Positions 1 to 9,400 of a DNA stretch of 24,419 nucleotides are shown one piece after another. Position numbers and translations under genes: made by a program. The DNA is from Azolla caroliniana (taxonomy: Eukaryota > Plantae > Polypodiophyta): positions 1 to 24,419 of the forward strand of contig JBHGNT010000457.1 in the NCBI GenBank assembly GCA_043228905.1, read 5' to 3'. The notes beneath the pieces are model-generated. The model was not told where the DNA came from. It made no database searches and saw only the letters and a list, made by a program, of their open reading frames with translations. Position 1 is the first letter of the stretch, and each line of letters begins with the position of its first letter.

Positions 1-983
1 ACAATATTTGAGGAGGGTGTTGAGAAGAGCGTGTGAGTAAATTAAAATGGTCATACCTGGCTTGTGTGACATCGGATTTCTGTGTTCAAACATGCGAGTC
101 GAAACTAACAAGGCTAGCTATGATATAGAATTAAAAAATCGAGATTTTGAAAATCAGGTCGAGAGACATGAGGAAATTAGCATATTTGAGGAGGGAGTTG
201 AGAAGAGCCAGTGAGTAAATTAAAATGGTCATACCCAGCTCGTGTGATATCGGATGTCTGTGTTCAAACATGCGAATCGAAGCTAACAACGCTAGCTTTG
301 ATATAGAATTAAAAAATCAAGATTTTGAAACTCACGTCGAAAGACATGAGGAAATTAGCATGTTTGAGGAGGGAGTTGAGAAGAGCGAGTGAGTAAATTA
401 AAATGGTCATACCTGGCTCGTGTGATATCGGATTTCTGTGTTCAAACATGCGAATCGAAGTTAACAATGCTAGCTATGATATTGAATAGGCCGAGAGACA
501 TGACGAAATTAGCAAATTTAAGGAGGTAGTGGAGAAGAGTGCGTCAGTAAGTTAAAATGGTCAAACCTGGCACGTGTGATATCGGATTTCTCTGTTCAAA
601 CATGCGAAAGGAAGCTAACAACGCTAGCTATGATATTGAATTGAAAAATCGAGATTTTGAAACTCAGGTCGAGCGACATGAAGAAATTACAATATTTGAG
701 GAGGGAGTTGAGAAGAGCTAGTGAGTAAATTAAAATGGTCATACCTAGCTCGTGTGACATCGGATTTTTGTGTTCAAACATGCAAAATCGAAGTTAACAA
801 CGCTAGCTATGATATTGAATTGACAAATTATAATTTTAAAATTGAGGCCGAGAGACATGAGGAAATTAATAAATTTGAGGAGGGAGTTGAGAAGAGCGAG
901 TGAGTAAATTAAAATGGTAATACCTGGCTCGTGTGATATCGGATTTCTTTGTTCAAACATGCGAATCGAAGCTAACAAGGCTA
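1..983 (+). repeat. 178-bp tandem satellite array, left part (about 5.5 monomers, runs off the window edge)
   Basis: The motif AAATTAAAATGGTCATACC recurs with its ATGG at 47 and 225 (period 178). The monomer is the same as in 3076-24419. One monomer has a deletion of about 24 bp at 487/488. Confidence 0.98.
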
Positions 984-2531
984 CCTAACCCTAGTTGGCA
1001 ACCTCCTACTAAGTACACTCCCTTAGAAAACATTATATCTAAACACCAAACTATCTTTAGGGACACACTTCATACACTCAAATTAAAACCCACTAGGATT
1101 GCACCTCACTTATCACTAGCCTTACAATCTCTTAAGAAAAACAACAAAATCATAATCCTACCTGCTGACAAGAATGGTGGAGTGTGTGTTCTTGATAAGG
1201 ACACGTACTATAACAAAGCTATAGAACACCTTTCTGATACTAATACATATAAAAAAGTCTCCCACTATCCACTTGAGGAATTATCCTATAGATTGAAAAA
1301 CATTGTTAATAACCATCTTGGTACCCTATCCAACATAGAAGCCAATTACATACTACATAAACCCTCAAAAGGGTACAAAGTATGCAATATCTATTTCCTC
1401 CCAAAACTCCATAAAAACCCAATAGGTTTTAGACCTATTTGCTCATACAATAACTCCCTTTTTGAACAAACATCAAAATGGCTTCACCACCAACTCATGC
1501 CTATCCTTCTCCTTCAAAAGCAATATTTGAAAGACTCACATTCCCTTGTCCAGACTTTAGAACATCTCAACCCACCCCCTAATAGCTTTATCTTCACCTT
1601 TGATGTTGAATCTCTATATCCCAGCATACCCCCTAGGTTAGGACTCCAAGCTTTACGAAAAATGATTACCCCACATTTTTCATCTTCTAAAACTAACCTT
1701 ATCTATACACTTAGCGCACTCACATTAGAATATCACTTTCTATCCTTTGATGACATGATCTATCAACAAGTCAAGGGTACAGCCATGGGTAGTAATTTTT
1801 CTGTAGTTTATGCATGCCTATTCTTAGCTCACTTAGAGAACTCCCAGCCATCACACCCTAATCTTTTTTATTTCACTAGATATATAGATGATGCATTCGG
1901 GATATGGACAGGTACTAAACCCGAATTAGAAAATTACCTCCAGTTCTATAACACCTCCACTAATAATTGCATCAAAATTACCATCACCACTTCTCCCTTT
2001 AGATTACCGTTCTTAGATTTATGGATTAACCTAAAGAATTCACATTTCTCCTTTAATTGCTACCAAAAGCCTCAAAATGCCTACCAATATCTCTCATTCT
2101 CGTCAGTTCACCCCCTTCACTTAAAACGTCATTTTATTATTAATGAACTAAAACGATACCTAATTAGAGAAAGTACCCCCTTAGGTTTCCTTCGAATGAA
2201 AAAACTATTTTTTAGTAGATTAGTTAAGAGAGGGTATCCCCTTTCTTTTATATTAGAGAATTATAAAAAGGTGCCATTTAACGCCAGGAAATCACTAGTA
2301 TTTAGTAGAAAACCTAAAAGTACCCTTATACCTGTCATCTTCAAACTTAGGTATACGAAAGATACCCCTAGATTAGGAATTCACGACATGCTAGAAAACC
2401 TCCACGCAGATTTAGCCACACATCCCCAACTATCCGAACTACCGCGACCCTTCATATGTTGGACTAAGTCTAAGTCCATTCATTCTCTTCTCGTCAAAAC
2501 TAAATATAAATCCATAAAAACTCCCACTTAA
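984..2531 (+). CDS. PLE-type reverse transcriptase (RT core plus thumb), N-terminally truncated, no C-terminal GIY-YIG endonuclease
   Basis: This is the element-derived part of track ORF 933..2531; its first 17 codons are satellite read-through from a GTG. Motifs seen: SWQPP, PADKNGG (PLE ADKG-like), YFLPKLHK..GFRPICS (motifs 1/2), FTFDVESLYPSIP (A), YQQVKGTAMGS (B'), RYIDD (C, YIDD at 1881-1892), LPFLDL (E), and YQKP..YLSFSSVHP..GYP (PLE thumb). It ends SIHSLLVKTKYKSIKTPT-stop. Confidence 0.93.
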   Translation, partial: PNPSWQPPTKYTPLENIISKHQTIFRDTLHTLKLKPTRIAPHLSLALQSLKKNNKIIILPADKNGGVCVLDKDTYYNKAIEHLSDTNTYKKVSHYPLEELSYRLKNIVNNHLGTLSNIEANYILHKPSKGYKVCNIYFLPKLHKNPIGFRPICSYNNSLFEQTSKWLHHQLMPILLLQKQYLKDSHSLVQTLEHLNPPPNSFIFTFDVESLYPSIPPRLGLQALRKMITPHFSSSKTNLIYTLSALTLEYHFLSFDDMIYQQVKGTAMGSNFSVVYACLFLAHLENSQPSHPNLFYFTRYIDDAFGIWTGTKPELENYLQFYNTSTNNCIKITITTSPFRLPFLDLWINLKNSHFSFNCYQKPQNAYQYLSFSSVHPLHLKRHFIINELKRYLIRESTPLGFLRMKKLFFSRLVKRGYPLSFILENYKKVPFNARKSLVFSRKPKSTLIPVIFKLRYTKDTPRLGIHDMLENLHADLATHPQLSELPRPFICWTKSKSIHSLLVKTKYKSIKTPT

Positions 2532-2681
2532 TACTATATGCCTTTTATATCCCACCCCCACACCCACCCCCACCTATCACTTATCATGTACATACATATA
2601 ACCCCCCTCTAACCCACTTTCACTAACCAATCCATTACCTATCACAATTCCCCGTTTCCCTCTCTCCCATCATTAAACTCC

Positions 2682-2684
<3 letters not shown>

Positions 2685-2752
<68 letters not shown>
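2685..2752 (+). repeat. (TC)34 microsatellite in the element's 3' region
   Basis: Perfect TC dinucleotide run read directly from the sequence. Confidence 0.97.
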
Positions 2753-2754
<2 letters not shown>

Positions 2755-2760
2755 TCCCCC

Positions 2761-2768
2761 TATATAAA
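2761..2768 (+). promoter_or_regulatory. Putative TATA box of the PLE pseudo-LTR promoter
   Basis: TATATAAA lies just after the (TC)n tract and starts 28 nt upstream of the first base of the ribozyme (2789), a typical TATA-to-start spacing. Function is inferred. Confidence 0.55.
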
Positions 2769-2788
2769 CCTACCCTCTTGTTGTAAAT

Positions 2789-2840
2789 GACCTTGGCACT
2801 GATGAGCTCTACCTAGAGCGAAACTAGTTTGCACAAGGTC
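2789..2840 (+). ncRNA. Minimal type I hammerhead ribozyme
   Basis: Stem I is GACCTTG-GCA (2789-2798) paired with TGC-a-CAAGGTC (2830-2840). The core is CTGATGA (2799-2805). Stem II is GCTCT-acct-AGAGC (2806-2819), followed by GAAA (2820-2823). Stem III is the palindrome ACTAGT (2823-2828). The cleavage triplet is GUU, with a predicted cut after 2829. Confidence 0.93.
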
Positions 2841-2855
2841 TTTCTAATGAAAATT

Positions 2856-3013
2856 TCTTAAGCTTTTCTCTTTTCTCTTTTCTCACTCACTCTTCTCTTC
2901 TTCTCTTCTTCTTTCATCTCATTCTCTCATTCTCTTTTACTCTTGGTCACCTCTAATCCTACTCACCTTAGTTTCACTTGCATCATTGCTTTATTTCTTT
3001 TCTTACTCTTCCC
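2856..3013 (+). repeat. Low-complexity polypyrimidine tract downstream of the ribozyme
   Basis: CT-rich imperfect repeats (TTTTCTC, TTCTC, CTT) with very few G. Confidence 0.75.
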
Positions 3014-6000
3014 ATATCATCTCAATAGTTGTGCTAGTTCGCTCGCACTCCTTGTCACGATCCTACGGTCATAGCAAAAAATCGAGATTTTGAAACTCAG
3101 GTCGAGAGACATGAAAAAATAAGCATATTTGAGGAGGGAGTTGAGAAGAGGTTGTGATTAAATTAAAATGTTCATACCGGGCTCGTGTGATATCAGATTT
3201 TTGTGTTCAAACATGCGAATCGAAGTTAACAACGTTAGCTATGATATTGAATTGAAAATTTTTAATTTTAAAACTGAGGCCGAGAGACATGAGGAAATTA
3301 GCAAATTTGAGGAGGTAGTGCAGAAGAGTGCGTCAGTAAATTAAAATGTTCATACCTGGCACGTGTGATATCGGATTTTTGTGTTCAAACATGCGAATCG
3401 AAGATAACATTGCTAGCTATGATATAGAATTAAATAATCGAGATTTTGAAACTCAGGTCGAGAGACATGAAGAAATTACAATATTTGAGGAGGGAGTTGA
3501 GAAGAGCTAGTGAGTAAATTAAAATGTTCATACCTGGCTCGTGTGATATCGGATTTTTGTGTTCAAACATGCGAATCGAAGCTAACAACGCTAGCTATGA
3601 TATAGAATTAAAAAATCAAGATTTTGAAACTCAGGTCGAGAGACATGAGGAAATTAGCATATTTCAAGAAGGAGTTGAGAAGAGCCAGTGAGTAAATCAA
3701 AATGTTCACACCTGGCTCGTGTGATATCGGATTTTTGTGTTCAAACATGCGAATCGACGCTAACAACGCTAGCTATGATATAGAATTAAAATATCAAGAT
3801 TTTGAAACTCAGATCGAGAGACATGACGAAATTAGCATATTTGAGGAGGGAGTTGAGAAGAGCGTGTGAGTAAATTAAAATGGTCATACCTGGCTCGTGT
3901 GATATCGGATTTCTGTGTTCAAACATGCGAATCGAAGCTAACAAGGCTAGCTATAATATAGAATTAAAAAATCAAGATTTTGAAACTCAGGTCGATAGAC
4001 ATGAGAAAATTAGCATATTTGAGGAGGGAGTTGAGAATAGCCAGTGAGTAAATTAAAATGGTCATACCTGGCTCGTGTGATATCGGATTTTTGTGTTCAA
4101 ACATGCGAATCGAAGTTAACTACGCTAGCTTTGATATAGAATTAAAAAATCAAGATTTTGAAACTCACGTCGAGAGACATGAGGAAATTAGCATATTTGA
4201 GGAGGGAGTTTAGAAGAGCGAGTGAGTAAATTAAAATGGTCACACCTGGCTCGTGTGATATCGGATTTCTGTGTTCAAACATGCGAATCGAAGCTAACAA
4301 GGCTAGCTATGATATAGAATTAAAAAATCGAGATTTTGAAACTCAGGTCGAGAGACATGAGGAAATTAACATATTTGAGGAGGGAGTTGAGAAGAGCCAG
4401 TGAGTAAATTAAAATGGTCATACCTGGCTCGTGTGATATCGGATTTCTGTGTTCAAACATACGAATCGAAGTTAACAACGCTAGCTATGATATTGAATTG
4501 AAAATTGATAATTTTAAAACTGAGGCCGAGAGACATGACGAAATTAGCAAATTTGAGGAGGTAGTGGAGAAGAGTGCGTCAGTAAATTAAAATGGTCATA
4601 CGTGGCTCGTGTGATATCGGATTTCTGTGTTCAAACATGCGAATCGAAGCTAACAAGGCTAGCTATGACATAGAATTAAAAAATCGAGATTTTGAAACTC
4701 AGGTCGAGAGACATGAGGAAATTCGCATATTTGATGAGGGAGTGGAGAAGAGCCAGTGAGTAAATTAAAATAGTCATACCTGGCTCGTGTGATATCGGAT
4801 TTTTGTGTTCAAACATGCGAATCGAAGCTAACAAAGCTAGCTATGATATAGAATTAAAAAATCGAGATTTTGAAACTCAGGTCGAGAGACATGACGAAAT
4901 TAACATATTTAAGGAAGGAGTTGAGAAGAGCCAGTGAGTAAATTAAAATGGTCATACCTGGCTCGTGTGATATCGGATTTCTGTGTTCAAACATGCGAAT
5001 CGAGGTTAACAACGCTAGCTATGATATTGAATTGAAAAATTAGAATTTTAAAACTGAGGCCGAGAGACATGAGGAAATTAGCAAATTTGAGGAGGTAGTG
5101 GAGAAGAGTGTGTTAGTAAATTAAAATGTTCATACCTGGCACGTGTGATATCGGATTTCTGTGTTCAAACATGCGAATCGAAGCTAACAACGCTAGCTAT
5201 GATATAGAATTAAAAAATCAAGATTTTGAAACTCAGGTCGAGAGACATGACGAAATTAACATATTTGAGGAGGGAGTGGAGAAGAGTGCGTCAGTAAATT
5301 AAAATGTTCATACCTGGCTCGTGTGATATCAGATTTTTGTGTTCAAACATGCGAATCAAAGTTAACCATGCTAGCTATGATATTGAATTGACAAATTATA
5401 ATTTTAAAACTGAGGCCGAGAGACATGAGGAAAGTAACATATTTAAGGAGGGAGTTGAGAAGAGCCAGTGAGTAAATTAAAATGGTCATACCTGGCTCGT
5501 GTGATATCGGATTTCTGTGTTCAAACATGCGAATCGAAGCTAACAAGGCTAGCTATGATATAGAATTAAAAATCGAGATTTTGAAACGAAAGTCGAGAGA
5601 CATGAGGAAATTAGCATATTTGAGGAGGGAGTTGAGAAGTGCCAGTGTGTAAATTAAAATGGTCATAGCTGGCTCGTGTGATATCGGATTTATGTGTTCA
5701 AACATGCGACTCGAAGATAACAACGCTAGCTATGATATAGAATTAGAAGATCGAGATTTTGAAACTCAGGTCGAGAGACATGACGAAATTAACATATTTA
5801 AGGAAGGAGTTGAGAAGAGCCAGTGAGTAAATTAAAATGGTCATACCTGGCTCGTGTGATATCGGATTTCTGTGTTCAAACATGCGAATCGAGGTTAACA
5901 ACGCTAGCTATGATATTGAATTGAAAAATTAGAATTTTAAAACTGAGGCCGAGAGACATGAGGAAATTAGCAAATTTGAGGAGGTAGTGGAGAAGAGTGT

Positions 6001-6457
6001 GTTAGTAAATTAAAATGTTCATACCTGGCACGTGTGATATCGGATTTCTGTGTTCAAACATGCGAATCGAAGCTAACAACGCTAGCTATGATATAGAATT
6101 AAAAAATCAAGATTTTGAAACTCAGGTCGAGAGACATGACGAAATTAACATATTTGAGGAGGGAGTGGAGAAGAGTGCGTCAGTAAATTAAAATGTTCAT
6201 ACCTGGCTCGTGTGATATCAGATTTTTGTGTTCAAACATGCGAATCAAAGTTAACCATGCTAGCTATGATATTGAATTGACAAATTATAATTTTAAAACT
6301 GAGGCCGAGAGACATGAGGAAAGTAACAAATTTGAGGAGGTAGTGGAGAAGAGTACGTCAGTAAATTAAAATGTTCATACCTGGCACGTGTGATATCGGA
6401 TATTTGTGTTCAAACATGCGAATCGAAGATAACAACGCTAGCTATGATATAGAATTA

Positions 6458-9400
6458 AACATGCGAGTCGAAACTAACAAGGCTAGCTATGATATAGAAT
6501 TAAAAAATCGAGATTTTGAAAATCAGGTCGAGAGACATGAGGAAATTAGCATATTTGAGGAGGGAGTTGAGAAGAGCCAGTGAGTAAATTAAAATGGTCA
6601 TACCCAGCTCGTGTGATATCGGATGTCTGTGTTCAAACATGCGAATCGAAGATAACAACGCTAGCTTTGATATAGAATTAAAAAATCAAGATTTTGAAAC
6701 TCACGTCGAAAGACATGAGGAAATTAGCATGTTTGAGGAGGGAGTTGAGAAGAGCGAGTGAGTAAATTAAAATGGTCATACCTCGCTCGTGTGATATCGG
6801 ATTTCTGTGTTCAAACATGCGAATCGAAGTTAACAATGCTAGCTATGATATTGAATTGACAAATTATAATTTTAAAACTGAGGCCGAGAGACATGAGGAA
6901 AGTAACAAATTTGAGGAGGTAGTGGAGAAGAGTACGTCAGTAAATTAAAATGTTCATACCTGGCACGTGTGATATCGGATATTTGTGTTCAAACATGCGA
7001 ATCGAAGATAACAACGCTAGCTATGATATAGAATTAAAAAATCGAGATTTTGAAACTTAGGTCGAGAGACATGACGAAATGGTCATACCTGGCTCGTGTG
7101 ATATCGGATTTCTGTGTTCAAACATGCAAATCGAAGCTAACAAGGCTAGCTATGATATAGAATTAAAAAATCGAGATTTTGAAACTGACGTCGAAAGACA
7201 TGAGGAAATTAGCATGTTGGAGGAGGGAGTTGAGAAGAGCCAGTGAGTAAATTAAAATGGTCATACCTGGCTCGTGTGATATCGGATTTCTGTGTTCAAA
7301 CATGCGAATCGAAGCTAACAAGGCTAGCTATGATATAGAATTAAAAATCAAGATTTTGAAACGAAAGTCGAGAGACATGAGGAAATTAGCATATTTGAGG
7401 AGGGAGTTGAGAAGTGCTAGAGTGTAAATTAAAATGGTCATAGCTGGCTCGTGTGATATCGGATTTATGTGTTCAAACATGCGACTCGAAGATAACAACG
7501 CTAGCTATGATATAGAATTAGAAGATCGAGATTTTGAAACTCAGGTCGAGAGATATGACAAAATTAACATATTTAAGGAGGGAGTTGAGAAGAGCCAGTA
7601 AGTAAATTAAAATGGTCATGCCTGGCTCGTGTGATATCGGATTTCTATGTTCAAACATGCGAATCGAAGCTAACAAGGCTAGCTATGATATAGAATTAAA
7701 AAATCGAGATTTTGAAACTCAGGTCGAGAGACATGAGGAAATTAGCATATTTGAGGAGGGAGTTGAGAAGAGCGAGTGAGTAAATTAAAATAGTCATACC
7801 TAGCTCGTGTAATATCGGATTTTTGTGTTCAAACATGCGAATCGGAGCTAACAACGCTAGCTTTGATATAGAATTAAAAAATCGAGATTTTGAAACTCAG
7901 GTCGAGAGACATGAGGAAATTAGCATATTTGAGGAGGGAGTTGAGAAGAGCGTGTGAGTAAATTAAAATGGTCATACCTGGCTCGTGTGATATCGGATTT
8001 TTGTGTTCAAACATGCGAATCGAAGCTAACAAGGCTAGCTATGACATAGAATTAAAAAATCGAGATTTTGAAACTCAGGTCGAGAGACATGCGGAAATTA
8101 GCATATTTGAGGAGGGAGTTGAGAAGAGCGAGTGAGTAAATTAAAATGGTCATACCTGGCTCGTTTAATATCGGATTTTTGTGTTCAAACATGCGAATCG
8201 AAGCTAACAACGCTAGCTATGATATAGAATTAAAAAATCAAGATTTTGAAACTTAGGTCGAGAGACATGACGAAATTAACATATTTAAGGAGGGAGTTGA
8301 GAAGAGCCAGTGAGTAAATTAAAATGGTCATACCTGGCTCGTGTGATATCGGTTTCTGTGTTCAAACATGCGAATCGAAGCTAACAAGGTTAGCTATGAC
8401 ATAGAATTAAAAAATCGAGATTTTGAAACTCAGTTCGAGAGACATGAGGAAATTAGCATATTTGAGGAGGGAGTAGAGAAGAGCCAGTGAGTAAATTAAA
8501 ATGGTCATACCTGGTTCGTGTGATATCGGATTTTTGTGTTCAAACATGCGAATCGGAGCTAACAACGCTAGCTTTGATATAGAATTAAAAAATCGAGATT
8601 TTGAAACTCAGGTCGAGAGACATGAGGAAATTAGCATATTTGAGGAGGGAGTTGAGAAGAGCGTGTGAGTAAATTAAAATGGTCATACCTGGCTCGTGTG
8701 ATATCGGATTTTTGTGTTCAAACATGCGAATCGAAGCTAACAAGGCTAGCTATGACATAGAATTAAAAAATCGAGATTTTGAAACTCAGGTCGAGAGACA
8801 TGCGGAAATTAGCATATTTGAGGAGGGAGTTGAGAAGAGCGAGTGAGTAAATTAAAATGGTCATACCTGGCTCGTTTAATATCGGATTTTTGTGTTCAAA
8901 CATGCGAATCGAAGCTAACAACGCTAGCTATGATATAGAATTAAAAAATCGAGATTTTGAAACTCAGGTCGAGCGACATGAAGAAATTACAATATTTGAG
9001 GAGAGTGTTGAGAAGAGCGTGTGAGTAAATTAAAATGGTCATACCTGGCTTGTGTTACATCGGATTTCTGTGTTCAAACATGCGAGTCGAAACTAACAAG
9101 GCTAGCTATGATATAGAATTAAAAAATCGAGATTTTGAAAATCAGGTCGAGAGACATGAGGAAATTAGCATATTTGAGGAGGGAGTTGAGAAGAGCCAGT
9201 GAGTAAATTAAAATGGTCATACCCAGCTCGTGTGATATCGGATGTCTGTGTTCAAACATGCGAATCGAAGCTAACAACGCTAGCTTTGATATAGAATTAA
9301 AAAATCAAGATTTTGAAACTCACGTCGAAAGACATGAGGAAATTAGCATGTTTGAGGAGGGAGTTGAGAAGAGCGAGTGAGTAAATTAAAATGGTCATAC

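Larger units (their letters stand above)
984..3075 (+). mobile_element. Penelope-like retroelement (PLE), 5'-truncated, inserted in a satellite monomer
   Basis: A non-repetitive, G-poor 2.1-kb block splits one monomer. The left flank ends ...GCTAACAAGGCTA (983) and the right flank resumes AAAAAATCGAGATTTTG (3076). The block contains a PLE-type RT ORF and a 3' hammerhead ribozyme, both PLE hallmarks. The boundaries are uncertain by a few bp (984-988 and 3066-3075). Confidence 0.92.

Noticed and set aside
933-983. N-terminus MISDFFVQTCESKLTRL of the 532-aa ORF as a true start or a satellite-RT fusion protein
   Set aside because: It is satellite sequence starting at a GTG, with an in-frame TAA at 918-920 and no in-frame ATG. 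This is a chance in-frame junction of a 5'-truncated element.
984-994. CCTAACCCTAG as a telomeric repeat remnant at the 5' junction
   Set aside because: It is under two units long and encodes PNPS of the PNPSWQPP motif in frame, so coding sequence explains it.
984-2531. Retron, group II intron, LINE, LTR or telomerase RT
   Set aside because: ADK, LPKLHK..RPI, GTAMGS, the YxKP..YL..S.HP..GYP thumb and the linked minimal hammerhead fit PLE RTs. There is no RNase H, integrase, APE domain, maturase context or telomerase T motif.
975-3090. Target-site duplication, LTRs or terminal inverted repeats
   Set aside because: None is visible. The flanks show a deletion, and there is no second copy of the ribozyme-bearing pseudo-LTR at the 5' end.
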